From positions 1 through 64,000 of the forward strand of contig JBGUGD010000031.1 in assembly GCA_041697335.1 (NCBI GenBank): a stretch of DNA of 64,000 bases, in the 5' to 3' direction. The translations under genes and the position numbers were made by a program. Every line of letters begins with the position of its first letter. Position 1 is the first letter of the stretch. The DNA is from Vampirovibrionaceae bacterium NZW_1234 (lineage in GTDB: Bacteria > Cyanobacteriota > Vampirovibrionia > Vampirovibrionales > JAGQHJ01). Positions 40,158 to 50,725 of this stretch are shown here, one piece after another. The notes below the pieces were generated by a model, which ran no database searches, was not told the DNA's origin, and saw only the letters and a program-made list of their open reading frames with translations.

Positions 40158-41907
40158 ACTCCTCGTTCATGCGAGCCTGGAGAGCACGCCTTACCCAGGC
40201 GATCAGCGCAATGCTGACGCTTTTGAATAATGCGACCCTGCCCCAGCGGGTCAGGCCTGAAGATTGGGCCATGGACGCAAAAATCGCATCCAACACCCGA
40301 TATAAACGCCGTTCGATCCCTTCGAGAATATGGGGCATACTGATCACACGCAAGGGTTCAGGGCGCTCCGGTGGGGGGATGGGGATGGCAGCATCGCCAA
40401 CCAGCGGAATGATGGGTAAAAATTCCTCACGGATCGGTCCATATATGCTGTGGGTGTAGGTTTTTTCCAAAGGCACCCCCTGTTCAGAAAGACATCGATA
40501 TTGGGCCTTTAAGTCAGTCGTCCAGCCGGAGCCGGCCCCGAACAAGGGATGACTTTGCGGAAGCGAAAAATGACGTTGGAGGAAGCGCTGCGCGTTTCGG
40601 CGCCCCAGTAAATAATCATGGCGCCGAAACGATTCGTGAAAAAACGCGCCAAAAGCCCCCAGGAGTTCCCCATACAACGGATAGGTCATTGTCACCTCCG
40701 TGGGGGTTCCATCCGCAGCGAGAGCGGTTCGGGTGTTGATGGGGCTGATTAAAAAGCGGCTAAAAATATCCTCATCCTGCGCCAGGGCCAGTTCTTCGGG
40801 CTTAAAGCGGGCTTGTCCCAGCATGGCCTTTACCATGCGAATAACCACGTCCACCAGCGACAGATCCGTCTTGGCAGGCATGTGGACCTTGGAGGGGTGT
40901 CGATTCAGCGGGCTAATCAGAATCACTGCCTTGGTTGCCTCATCTGCATGACGAGGGTTATGGCCGTTGGGACTGCCCGTTAAGCTGAGGCGCGCGTATT
41001 CCAAAGGATGGTTATTAATAAGCCCGCCGTCGACGGCTGCAAAGTGAATTTCCCGAGCCTGGCTCATCTGCTCTAACCAGTCCGAATCCGGTAACACGGG
41101 CTTGGATGAGCCGTGTGACGGATCAGAACAGGAAGCGCCCGCTCGTAGCTGCAACCGGCCGACGGGGTGAATATAGCGATGAAGCGGCTGGGTTACCGTG
41201 TGGCTTTTCAGGAGTCCCGGAAAGGCTCCCGAGGCCAGTGCAGCCTCTTTCAAGGCGTTGGCAGCAGCAGCATCTCCAAGGGACACTTGCCTGGGGTTTA
41301 CGTGGATTTTCTCCGCATCCTCGCTTGATGACGGCATTTTTAAACTCACGGCAAAGGGCTGCACATTGGCATGACGCGTCATGACGTGATAATCACCCAC
41401 CATGGAAATGCGGTAGGGAACGCCTTCCAAATCCGTGATGCAGAGATACATATCCAGCGGGTCTGCAATATAGCGACGACGAATTTCTCCCAGAGCCTCC
41501 ACGTTGAAGGCTTCTTGTGCAATCTGAATCACGGGTGTGCTGTCGAGCAGGGAGGCCACATGGTTGGGGCGCTGCTTCAGATCGTGCTCCCCTAGAAGCC
41601 GCTGTATATCAATTGCCTTGACCCAACTGTGATAGAGGCGATTTCGGGCAGCCGGTGGTTCCTGCTGGCCCCGATAGGGTTCAAACAAGCCATACCAGAC
41701 TCCTGGCAACAGCAGGGCTGTTTTCGCTCCGCCTGAGTTTCCGGCGACTGCTTTAATTTCGATGTTATGCGGTGGATCCCCCCGAAAGGCTTGGTACCAG
41801 GCATCAAGCGCCTCGGTCAAAAAATCGAGCACCCCGGCTGTGTAAGCACCTGCCGAAACAGTCCCAGAGAGGACCAGCGCAATTTGAAATGTTGGTTTTT
41901 CAGTCAT
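40096..41907 (-). CDS. Patatin-like phospholipase
   Basis: LVLSGTVSAGAYTAG, GNSGG (GxSxG), ASGAFP, VDGG. Confidence 0.85.
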   Translation of the reverse strand: MTEKPTFQIALVLSGTVSAGAYTAGVLDFLTEALDAWYQAFRGDPPHNIEIKAVAGNSGGAKTALLLPGVWYGLFEPYRGQQEPPAARNRLYHSWVKAIDIQRLLGEHDLKQRPNHVASLLDSTPVIQIAQEAFNVEALGEIRRRYIADPLDMYLCITDLEGVPYRISMVGDYHVMTRHANVQPFAVSLKMPSSSEDAEKIHVNPRQVSLGDAAAANALKEAALASGAFPGLLKSHTVTQPLHRYIHPVGRLQLRAGASCSDPSHGSSKPVLPDSDWLEQMSQAREIHFAAVDGGLINNHPLEYARLSLTGSPNGHNPRHADEATKAVILISPLNRHPSKVHMPAKTDLSLVDVVIRMVKAMLGQARFKPEELALAQDEDIFSRFLISPINTRTALAADGTPTEVTMTYPLYGELLGAFGAFFHESFRRHDYLLGRRNAQRFLQRHFSLPQSHPLFGAGSGWTTDLKAQYRCLSEQGVPLEKTYTHSIYGPIREEFLPIIPLVGDAAIPIPPPERPEPLRVISMPHILEGIERRLYRVLDAIFASMAQSSGLTRWGRVALFKSVSIALIAWVRRALQARMNEEFRAFVQDSVPASSNTRSEPD

Positions 41908-42527
41908 AATGCCTATTTATAAGATATTTTTGCTTATATCACTGATGTATTGGCATTATTCCCATAGTTCAAGACTTTTAATCACCAAAAAGGCTTATTT
42001 AATGATTCCATAAGCATTTTCATCAACACACCCCAAAATTCGCTTGGATCCATCGACGTGTTAGGCTTTTCCAGGACAAAATAAAAAGTCCACAGAGGGT
42101 TGGATTCCATGACCCAATTCTCTGCGGACTGCCTGAAAGGCTTCCCCAACACATGATGAAAGAAAAAATTGAATGTCCTTTGTTCTCGAAAAACCTTATT
42201 TCACCCTGACGAATACGTTTGCATAGCGTGGCTGATGATAACACCCCAAGTGCATGAATACCCAATAAATGACCTGTTCCACCTTACCCATCATATTTAT
42301 CACTCGGCCAACCTAACTGTAACAAGTGCCTGTTTAAAAAATCAGAATTAAAACCAGAACTCTGATTTTAAAATTATATCGATTTGAGTCCTACTTGTCG
42401 AGCGATAGTAACGTTTTGTTACAGCACTTTCGAACAATTAACGTAGAAATTTTACGACGAAACAAGCCTTTTGCACATTTGAACGGGGTAACCGACTCAG
42501 CTGAAGCATCACTTCAATGGTAATAGT

Positions 42528-43547
42528 CTAGCCATCCGAACGCGTCCGCTTGGGTTCCCGAGACGGGTTATTACTGGGTCCAAGCACATTCCAGAACACA
42601 ACGGTTCCCGCCCCATGCCGGTCTCGGCACAACTCCCATGCCTTTCTATCGTAGTTGGCACATGAAGGAAAGGGTGTCGCCATTCGCAGTTCCTGCTCCA
42701 GTCGTTTGGGATGCCTGATAATTTTTGCTCGCCCCGGATCCGCAATATCCATTCCAACCTGAACACCGATAATTTTTGTTTTCGGGTTTTTTAGGCCTGC
42801 CTGGAGCCCTCGGGTTAACACACCACTGGCCGCAGCAGACCAAAGCTCATCAATTGGCCCCACCTGATCCTCGACCTGTTTGATGACTCGGGCTAATACC
42901 GACTCTGCCAGAGAGGATTTTCCTCCCACTTCCAGGTAATGACGACCTGGAGCCGCTGTACTGAAGCGTTTGGCATGAGATTCGAGGACATTCAAGAATC
43001 CATGGGGAACCTGCTTCACCGTAACATGTGGCCCACCAAGGCGAATCGCCTCTAACGTCCTGGGATGAAGCTGCTGGCGCTTGGCGACGAACAAGGTGAC
43101 ATGCTTTCCCGTTAAGCGGGCCATGGCTGCCAGAGCCACCTGAGCCCCTCCCCAGGTGGTCGATGGATAGACCACATGATCGTGCTGGGAGAACAGATGA
43201 ACAAAGAATCGTGACTTCGTGCCTCCCGGCAGGCGATCATCGCGAACCACAAAGACCCCTTCGTGACGCTCCACTCGAGGAGGAGCAAAGAGAATCTCAT
43301 CCAATAGGGCAGCTCGGCCCGGATCCAGTTGGCGCAATCTGGGCAGAACGGCTTTTCTGGGAGCACCCAGATAAACCGACCGAATGATATCGGATAAGGC
43401 CTGTGTCTGTGCTTTTGACAGGGGTGAGAGCGTCGACACCTGATCCGTTAATGCTACCTCCTCAGAAACACCTGCAGAGGCAACGGATTTGGTCTGGCTG
43501 CTAAATCTTGGGGCAGTCCCCAAAAAGGAAACGCGATGAATGGACAT
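42528..43547 (-). CDS. Compact PLP-dependent fold-type II enzyme with RFS leader
   Basis: VVRDD.LPGGTK.R, SAAASGVLTRG, IIGVQVG, YDRKAW, FWNV. Confidence 0.7.
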   Translation of the reverse strand: MSIHRVSFLGTAPRFSSQTKSVASAGVSEEVALTDQVSTLSPLSKAQTQALSDIIRSVYLGAPRKAVLPRLRQLDPGRAALLDEILFAPPRVERHEGVFVVRDDRLPGGTKSRFFVHLFSQHDHVVYPSTTWGGAQVALAAMARLTGKHVTLFVAKRQQLHPRTLEAIRLGGPHVTVKQVPHGFLNVLESHAKRFSTAAPGRHYLEVGGKSSLAESVLARVIKQVEDQVGPIDELWSAAASGVLTRGLQAGLKNPKTKIIGVQVGMDIADPGRAKIIRHPKRLEQELRMATPFPSCANYDRKAWELCRDRHGAGTVVFWNVLGPSNNPSREPKRTRSDG

Positions 43548-43556
43548 AGGCGTTGA

Positions 43557-43880
43557 TTACGTCGATAAGGATTGCTTGGGAATATTATCGGCAAACACCG
43601 GTGCCGTGCGAAAGGGAACGATTTGAACATCCTGCCAGACATTGCCCCGGACATAGGGATCATTGTTGTACCATGCGTCAAAGGCAGCCCGATCCGGAAA
43701 ATCACAGATGATAATCGAGCCGATCATCTGGCCCTCGTCATTCAGCAAGGCCCCGCCATGAATCATATGGCCTTTTGCCCGTAAATCAGCCACCATTGCC
43801 ATATGGGCCTCCCGAGCGGCCAGACGCCGGTCCAGGGCCTCGTTGTCATGTCCATCATACGCAATTACGGCAAATTCCAT
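43557..43880 (-). CDS. YciI family protein
   Basis: R...REAH, GGALL, MIGS, DPYV...VW, I.PFR. Confidence 0.9.
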   Translation of the reverse strand: MEFAVIAYDGHDNEALDRRLAAREAHMAMVADLRAKGHMIHGGALLNDEGQMIGSIIICDFPDRAAFDAWYNNDPYVRGNVWQDVQIVPFRTAPVFADNIPKQSLST

Positions 43881-43978
43881 GGGTCGCTCCTTCTGTCAAT
43901 GGCCTGTCTACTCTGAACTGATGGCGCTCACTGTATAGCATTCGGACGTTGAGATCAATACGGCAGAACGGCCAAGCC

Positions 43979-44791
43979 TTAAAAGAGCCAGAAGCGGCGT
44001 CTTGTTTTGCTCGCGTCGCTTGGCTTGATAAACACTTGCGAGAAGGGGCCTTCTCGGGCCGACTGCACAAAACCTGCCCGGATCAATGCTTGTCCTGCCT
44101 CTGGGTCTCCGCGGTAGGTACCGATAATCACCATACTGCCCGGCTGCAGATTTTGAAAAAGTGCCTGTGTCACCCTGGGAATCGTTTCGGACTTGTCCTT
44201 AAGCAGGTACCAGGCATTTCGGAAGAACACGACGGTACGGGGTGGAAATGTCCCTTGAACGTCTTTGACAAAGTCACCCACCTGAAAATGGACCGCTTGT
44301 TTCAGCTCCGGAGTCACGAGGCATCGGGTACCGGCATCAGCGGCAGTGGGTATAAAAAACCGTGTCAGCGGGGATTTCATCCCGACCTCATGATAACGAT
44401 ATTTCTCGCGCTCGCTCAGGGAAAAGCGGCCTTGCTGCGGCGCTTCAAGCACCGTGTCACTCAAGTCACGGGCTTGGATCGGCATATATTTTTGAGCCGC
44501 ATCCCGAGGCAACCTGTCGAGGAGGGCCATTGCCACTGAAAACGGCTCCGACCCGTCAGAAGCGCCATGACAGATTAGATGAACCGGCTCCTGACCCGGA
44601 AAGTGCTTCTCCAAAAATCGTGGCAACTGCACAAACAACCCCTCGTCTCGAAACAGACTGGACACGTGGATCAGATCAATCCGACGACCATCCGCGTCCT
44701 GGACGACACTGGTCTCACGAGTGCCTTGAAAAGGAATTCTGGAACTTCGAAACAGGCCGGAATCACCGGGTGATGAAATGGCAATTTTCAC
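43979..44791 (-). CDS. CheR-like SAM-dependent methyltransferase (C-terminal domain only)
   Basis: SLFRD, GASDGSEPFSVAM, ARDLS, VHFQVGD, FFRNAWY, LQPG; GTG start adjacent to the ftsH stop. Confidence 0.75.
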   Translation of the reverse strand: MKIAISSPGDSGLFRSSRIPFQGTRETSVVQDADGRRIDLIHVSSLFRDEGLFVQLPRFLEKHFPGQEPVHLICHGASDGSEPFSVAMALLDRLPRDAAQKYMPIQARDLSDTVLEAPQQGRFSLSEREKYRYHEVGMKSPLTRFFIPTAADAGTRCLVTPELKQAVHFQVGDFVKDVQGTFPPRTVVFFRNAWYLLKDKSETIPRVTQALFQNLQPGSMVIIGTYRGDPEAGQALIRAGFVQSAREGPFSQVFIKPSDASKTRRRFWLF

Positions 44792-47752
44792 TTAGGCCTC
44801 AGCAGCACGTTCTTTTTGGCGACGCAGTTTTCCTGAGGGATCGCTAAAAAATGCCCCGGCAATGGTTTCAATCTCCCGACGCAGATCCGCCGGGATATGT
44901 TTTTCCGCAAACGCCACGGCTTCAGGACCAATCAACTCCTTGTCCATGGCCATGGCTTCCGTCACCATCGCGCTCATGCGCTCTTCGCCCACCGCAGTCA
45001 TTATGGCTTTTGCCGCTTTCATCCCCTCTTTAATCACATGGTTCATCAGGCGGGTTTGCGAGGGCGTCAAATCCTTTTCCGGGTCCAGGACATCCAGCGC
45101 ATAATTATTATCGAACATGGCATAGGTCAACATCTGACGGAGTTGTTTGCGAACCTTGTCAATGTCGCTGGACAAACCGGATGTTCGCCCCAGATCGCCG
45201 TACTTGGCTTCTTCGGCAGCAACACCGCCCAATAACATTAACACCCATGCCAGGTAATCGCGCTTGGTTTTGCTGAGTTCGCTGATGCTTCTCGGATCCA
45301 CCACAACCCGCCCCAGCGACTCGTTACGCTGGAACATGGAAATGACAAAGGGCTTAATCCCACCGGGAATCCCGGCCAGCATGTGCCCAAATTCGTGACG
45401 CCCGGTTTTTTCCACCTCCTCCGCGGGAGGCTTGTTCAGGGAGATGTCCCCGAAGACATTGGTCTGAAAACTTTCAATACAGTCTTCCAACGTGACTGTG
45501 GTTCGCTCGGCTTTCAAGGCCCGATCGGCAGCCCCTTTGATGACGGCTTCCAAGCCATCCCCAGAGAGGCCACGACAAATAGAGGCAACTTCACCCAGAA
45601 CCGAGTCATTCTCAAAAGACAGGCCATCGGCGTTAAAAATCCGCTTGGCGTGAATTGCCAGGATTTCCTGACGTTCCGTGTCACTTTGGGGATTGCCGAT
45701 ATGGATGATATGGCTGAAGCGCTTGCGCCGGGTCAACAGTGCCGGATCCAGGAGATCCTTGCGATTGGTGGCGGCAAGCACGACGATGTTATCGGATTGT
45801 TCAAACCCATCCATTTCCTTGAGCAGGGCGTTCAGCGTGCTTTCTCGCTCGTCACTGGCACCACTGCCCGCGCCATCCATTAAACGCTTTTTGGCAAGGG
45901 AATCGATTTCATCGATAAAAACAATACAGGCGCCTTTTTCCTGGGCTTTCTGGCGGGCCTGCTGGAAGAGATCCCGGATGCGGCTGGCACCAACGCCCAC
46001 GTACATTTCGTTAAAATCCGATCCACTGAGGGATACGAAGGGCACACCGGCCTCACCGGCCAAGGCCCGAGCCATCAGGGTTTTGCCGTTTCCGGGCGGG
46101 CCTTCCAATAATATGCCCCGAGGCAGATCCACGGGCAGCTTCATCACCCGTTTTTTGATTTTCTGGAGCAGATCGGTGAATTTCTGCTTGGCAATATGGT
46201 TACCACCCACATCGGAAAAGCGGGTTTCAATGTTTTCTTCCATCTCCGCACCGCGGTGCTTGCCGAAATTATCGGCCCGCTCCAGATGCTTCAACTGACG
46301 GTCAAGGAACTCCATCTGTTTTTTGGCGAGCTTACTGTTGCCGCCGCCACGGTTTGCCAACTGAATGAGAATCGAAATGGCAAACAACGCCAATAGTCCT
46401 CCCCCAATCAGTGTCCCGGAATTAATTCCACCGGACTCGGTGGGAGCTTGTACGGTTGGTACCGTAATCACCGGCGGTGGAGGTTCTTCTGCAACCAGAG
46501 TTACATTGGCCTGCTGGAATGCAGGTGTCAACCGGCTTTTCTGAGCCAGATCCACATTCGGCAAAGTCATGACTCGAGAGGCTTCCTGGGGTGTCCCTGG
46601 TCGTGTGGAGAAGACATAGGTATAAAACCCGTTATTATGGGAAATTTCTTTGACGACGGGGTTGAGCCTGTTTTGCTTCAATGCCTCAATGGCTTCATCC
46701 ACCGTGGCAAAGCGATTGCTTACCACGGGTGCCGACTCGGATGTGACCGGTGTGGTCGAGGCATTTTTTGATGTCCCTTTCGACGTGGGGTTGGCGCTCT
46801 TGGTTGCCGGAGGCGTAGGTTGCGTTGAGCCTGTTTTTGATGACGTGGACGCAACAGGCGAGGCATTGGGTTTTTGAGACGATTGGTTAGACAGAACCGC
46901 AATACCAATCGACAGCGGGATGACCGTGGCCAATAAAATCCCCAAGCGCCGAAGCGCCCCAGGCGCTATTTCCGTCGTGCGGGCCTCGCCCATAAAGGGG
47001 GTTCGCGTCGTCAGCTTATGATCTTCATCGCGTGGAAAAATATCGGGCCGATCGGCTTTATACGGCTCCTGTTTTTCCGGGGGCAGCTGGGACACTTTAA
47101 ATATTTCTTCCGCACGCTGGGTTAAATACAGTCGGTGAACAATGCGCACGCTGGACGGATCTTTATAGGCCGGGCTGGACAAATCGGCCCGTTCACCGGT
47201 AGCCGGATCCACATACTCCTCCTGCGGCATTAAAATCCGGGATTCAATCAGATTTCGGGTCATCAGGATTTGAGAGGTGCGATTGCGAAACCCGAAGTGC
47301 GTATCCAGCGCCCAGAGGTACTTGCTGCTATAGGCTTTGCCGGGATCTTTCTGTCCATTGAGATAGCCTGCTGGTCCCTGCCGACCATCCAGGTGAGCCC
47401 GGTTCTGAACAAAGTAGGCCAAAATTTCCTTGCCCGTTACCGGGCGCCAATCATCGTTCATAAAGGAGGTTTCGAGGAAATCCTCGAAGTATTCGGGAAT
47501 ATGCAAAAAGGGTTTATCCACTTCCGGTTCCCGATTCAAGCCTGGAAAGAGTTTTTGCCAGATCGTTTTCCGAGGCTTATTCTCCGGCGTTTCTCCGGCA
47601 TTGGGAATACCATCCGTTGGGTTGGCACCAAAACGAACGGGAGGTCGAAGTGCAGTAGCAGCAGACATCCCCCGCTGAGGCTTGGCCCCACCTGTACTGA
47701 AGGCCTTATGTCGCTGGGTCGCAACAGAATAATATCCCTGAATCACGTCCAT
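44792..47752 (-). CDS. ftsH: FtsH-like ATP-dependent Zn metalloprotease with long N-terminal extension
   Basis: Two TM segments, GPPGNGKT, VFIDEID, TLNALL.EMDGF, ATNR.D.LDPAL, HEFGH, LLGG.AAE; RFG near residue 41. Confidence 0.88.
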   Translation of the reverse strand: MDVIQGYYSVATQRHKAFSTGGAKPQRGMSAATALRPPVRFGANPTDGIPNAGETPENKPRKTIWQKLFPGLNREPEVDKPFLHIPEYFEDFLETSFMNDDWRPVTGKEILAYFVQNRAHLDGRQGPAGYLNGQKDPGKAYSSKYLWALDTHFGFRNRTSQILMTRNLIESRILMPQEEYVDPATGERADLSSPAYKDPSSVRIVHRLYLTQRAEEIFKVSQLPPEKQEPYKADRPDIFPRDEDHKLTTRTPFMGEARTTEIAPGALRRLGILLATVIPLSIGIAVLSNQSSQKPNASPVASTSSKTGSTQPTPPATKSANPTSKGTSKNASTTPVTSESAPVVSNRFATVDEAIEALKQNRLNPVVKEISHNNGFYTYVFSTRPGTPQEASRVMTLPNVDLAQKSRLTPAFQQANVTLVAEEPPPPVITVPTVQAPTESGGINSGTLIGGGLLALFAISILIQLANRGGGNSKLAKKQMEFLDRQLKHLERADNFGKHRGAEMEENIETRFSDVGGNHIAKQKFTDLLQKIKKRVMKLPVDLPRGILLEGPPGNGKTLMARALAGEAGVPFVSLSGSDFNEMYVGVGASRIRDLFQQARQKAQEKGACIVFIDEIDSLAKKRLMDGAGSGASDERESTLNALLKEMDGFEQSDNIVVLAATNRKDLLDPALLTRRKRFSHIIHIGNPQSDTERQEILAIHAKRIFNADGLSFENDSVLGEVASICRGLSGDGLEAVIKGAADRALKAERTTVTLEDCIESFQTNVFGDISLNKPPAEEVEKTGRHEFGHMLAGIPGGIKPFVISMFQRNESLGRVVVDPRSISELSKTKRDYLAWVLMLLGGVAAEEAKYGDLGRTSGLSSDIDKVRKQLRQMLTYAMFDNNYALDVLDPEKDLTPSQTRLMNHVIKEGMKAAKAIMTAVGEERMSAMVTEAMAMDKELIGPEAVAFAEKHIPADLRREIETIAGAFFSDPSGKLRRQKERAAEA

Positions 47753-47980
47753 CACTCACCCTTATGTTCACATCCCACTTTTTCAGAAGTGAATCATATT
47801 GGAATACAAACCGAAATAAATGTACACCTTGGATCGCATTTTTATCGCATTGTGTTTACATTCATTTACGCCCACGCACCAAAGCACACGGCTTTATACT
47901 GCGAGAAGCCCATATCCGCAGAACAAGATTGGCAACAGAAATTGCCACTTCCGCAAGAAAAAAGGGTGAGAGACGACTTC

Positions 47981-48784
47981 CTAAACCAATGTTTGTATTG
48001 CCGCGTGGGTGTTTATAAAGGCTTCCATTGCGGTGACCAAAGCCACAGGCGTTTCCACCATGGGATAGTGCCCGGCATTTTGAACCACCTGCAAAGAGGC
48101 TTTAGGGAACCACCGCAGAATAGTATCCTGGATGAGTGGCGGTGTTACAGCCGGATCGGACTCGCCTACCAAGACGAGAAAGGGTATCCCTAGCCCCTGC
48201 ACATGGTCGACAAAGCTGGTTTGGGACCAGGCCGTCAGATAGGCATCAAATGCCTCGGGCGTTGTTTGTTCCAGAGAGCGTTGGGTCATCACATGGCCAA
48301 ATTGCGGTGTCAGACGATTGCCGGTGGTATGCATCAAGATTGCATTTCGGCTTTCCGCCTGGGATTTTGCACTGCGAAACAGAGCTTCGGTTTGCGCATC
48401 AAAAGGAAACCCGCAAGCAGGGACCGGGGTTATGCCAACCAGGCTTTGAATACGTCCGGCATAATGTGCGGCCAACCACTGCGCCACCATTCCTGCCATG
48501 GAGTGCCCAACAAAGTGAAATTCACTCCATCCAAGGTGATCCGCAACAGCAACCGCATCCGACGCCATTTCGGCAATGGTGTACTCACCCGGAGTCTGCC
48601 GGGAAAGGCCATAGCTGCGAACATCCATAAAAGCATAGGTAAACTGCGAATGATCCAAAAACGGAAGAATAGGATCAAACACCGAGCCATCCCCCAACCA
48701 ACCATGCATGACGATTACATGTCGGGAACCCTGACCCACGAGTCGGAATCCAACACCTGAGGGGGTAACGTTTTCTTTGCTCAT
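47981..48784 (-). CDS. Alpha/beta fold hydrolase
   Basis: MHGW, GHSMAG, GESD, AGHYPM.E. Confidence 0.9.
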   Translation of the reverse strand: MSKENVTPSGVGFRLVGQGSRHVIVMHGWLGDGSVFDPILPFLDHSQFTYAFMDVRSYGLSRQTPGEYTIAEMASDAVAVADHLGWSEFHFVGHSMAGMVAQWLAAHYAGRIQSLVGITPVPACGFPFDAQTEALFRSAKSQAESRNAILMHTTGNRLTPQFGHVMTQRSLEQTTPEAFDAYLTAWSQTSFVDHVQGLGIPFLVLVGESDPAVTPPLIQDTILRWFPKASLQVVQNAGHYPMVETPVALVTAMEAFINTHAAIQTLV

Positions 48785-48898
48785 ACCTTTACCTTTGGTC
48801 CTTCCTTACCGATGCCATCGACATTGATTCAACCCAATTCTAGCAGGAAGTCCGGCGCTTCCCTACTCCCCTACTCAAAGACAAACAAGGTTGAACGT

Positions 48899-49612
48899 CT
48901 ATGAACCTGGGCTTCGGCGCGCCGCATATTTTTGAAAGCGCGTGTTTAAAAATGCCAACAGCTTGGATTCGCCGTTCAGATAAAAAGACTGACGAATGCC
49001 ATCAAGGGCCGGTTTTTCATCCAGGCCCAGCTTTCGGTAAAATCCTTCGGCACCCAAGGTCGCATTTAAAAAGAAGCCTTGAGCCCCTTTCTTCAGACTT
49101 TCAATCACCCCATGCGTGGTCAACGCTGCACCCACCCCGGTATAGTCCGGCGTTGACGTCATCATCGAATTACATCGGGGATGAATGCGGATGCCATTCA
49201 GGTAGGTTTTACGGAGGCCATCGGTTATGTCCACCAAGGAATGATGCAAAGCCACCACACCCAAAATCACCCGATTAGGCAGCATTAACTTCAACACCTC
49301 GGTATTGGGTGGTGGTGCCTTAATGACGTCCCGCCACCAGTCTCGCCACTTCATATTGGCAGCATAGGTGGGTTCACCCGGCGGTTTCGGATTGTACCAA
49401 TCGTCCACCTCTGCCGCATCCTGAGGCTCAACGGGAACAATCGACACGTCCACCGAATCACCGCGGCGTGTTTTTAGGGGGACCACCCCTTGCCAGAACC
49501 GAGGTGCCCCGGCAATCCCGTTAAGTTGATCCGGCAGGGCCGATTGCCCACCAAAGCGAGCTGATGGTCTCAACAGCATCGGTGTGGCATGTGCCTTGGG
49601 TTTAATGAACAT
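48899..49612 (-). CDS. GNAT-like acetyltransferase with RFG leader
   Basis: YTGVGAAL and AEGFYRKLG GNAT motifs; begins MFIKPKAHATPMLLRPSARFG. Confidence 0.7.
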   Translation of the reverse strand: MFIKPKAHATPMLLRPSARFGGQSALPDQLNGIAGAPRFWQGVVPLKTRRGDSVDVSIVPVEPQDAAEVDDWYNPKPPGEPTYAANMKWRDWWRDVIKAPPPNTEVLKLMLPNRVILGVVALHHSLVDITDGLRKTYLNGIRIHPRCNSMMTSTPDYTGVGAALTTHGVIESLKKGAQGFFLNATLGAEGFYRKLGLDEKPALDGIRQSFYLNGESKLLAFLNTRFQKYAARRSPGS

Positions 49613-49660
49613 TTGCACCAACACGAAAAATAATCCTCGATTCTTAAAAAAGCGATTGTG

Positions 49661-50725
49661 TTAGGCTGCGGGAGACACCGGTTTATCCGGCCCGGAAGCC
49701 GAGGCATCCGGGACAGAGGGCTGAGCCAACACCGCTTCTGCGGCGGCAATATTGGTACGAATCGCCGCAACCGATTTATCCCAGGCCAGCTTTTCATCGG
49801 CCGACAAGCTTAGTGGGGCAATGGATTCCACCCCATTCTCACCAATGATAGCGGGCACGCCGGCATACAAACCTTTATCCGGGCCAAACTGATCATCCAG
49901 TTGTACGGAGCACGGCAAGGTTTCTCGGGTATTATTAAAAATGGCATTGACCATGCGCGCAATGGCCGCACCAGGCCCATGGGCCGAGGCCGACTTAATG
50001 GCCTGCAACAGCTTGGCAAGGCGCCCACCCCCGTTAATCGTGGCATCGGCAACAACTTTCTGCTCGTCCGCTGTTAATGCTGTTGCAGCAGGTTGTCCAT
50101 TGACCGTGGTCATGCTGAACATCGGGATCATATTGTCGCCATGCTCACCCAATACCCATGCCTTAACGGACTGCAAGGGCAGATTCTTTTGGGATGCAAT
50201 GGCTTCCTGCATCCGAGCCGAATCCAGAATACCTCCCATTCCCATCACCCGATTTGCAGGAAAACCGGTCAGCTTTTGCCCCATGAAACTCATCACATCC
50301 AGGGGGTTTGAGACCATAATCACCTTGGCCTTGGGAGCCCGTGTCTTGATGTTGTCACAAATGGTGCCCAGAATCTTGGCACCCATCGCTAAAAAGTCAC
50401 TGCGGCTTTCTCCCGGCTTGCGGGCCCGTCCAGCGGTAACCACCACGATATCGGCATTATCAATGACCGAATACTGATCACTGCCATAGACCTTGGTATG
50501 GGATCCATTCGCCGCCGCAGCCTGGGTTAAATCCAACCCTTTGCCTTCCGCCACGCCCGGTTGAATATCGAACAGGGCAATTTCATCACAGGTCTTATTA
50601 TGAACCAGCGATGAGGCCGCCGCACTACCGACATTTCCAGCGCCAATAATAGCGACTTTACGGGGTTTTGACTGTTCCGTCGAGTTTGTCCCAAAGCGAA
50701 GTAACTGCAGTGCCTTCATTTGCAT
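49661..50725 (-). CDS. mdh: Malate dehydrogenase (LDH-like) with RFG leader
   Basis: KVAIIGAGNVG, GKGLDL, TAG.ARKPG.SR, SNPLD, LDSAR, GEHGD; 21-aa extension MQMKALQLLRFG... Confidence 0.88.
   Translation of the reverse strand: MQMKALQLLRFGTNSTEQSKPRKVAIIGAGNVGSAAASSLVHNKTCDEIALFDIQPGVAEGKGLDLTQAAAANGSHTKVYGSDQYSVIDNADIVVVTAGRARKPGESRSDFLAMGAKILGTICDNIKTRAPKAKVIMVSNPLDVMSFMGQKLTGFPANRVMGMGGILDSARMQEAIASQKNLPLQSVKAWVLGEHGDNMIPMFSMTTVNGQPAATALTADEQKVVADATINGGGRLAKLLQAIKSASAHGPGAAIARMVNAIFNNTRETLPCSVQLDDQFGPDKGLYAGVPAIIGENGVESIAPLSLSADEKLAWDKSVAAIRTNIAAAEAVLAQPSVPDASASGPDKPVSPAA

Noticed and set aside
37348..42493. 13-mer gaacggggtaacc at 37348 and 42481, loosely like part of a c-di-AMP riboswitch
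   Set aside because: Other riboswitch elements are not seen, and one shared 13-mer is expected by chance in 64 kb.
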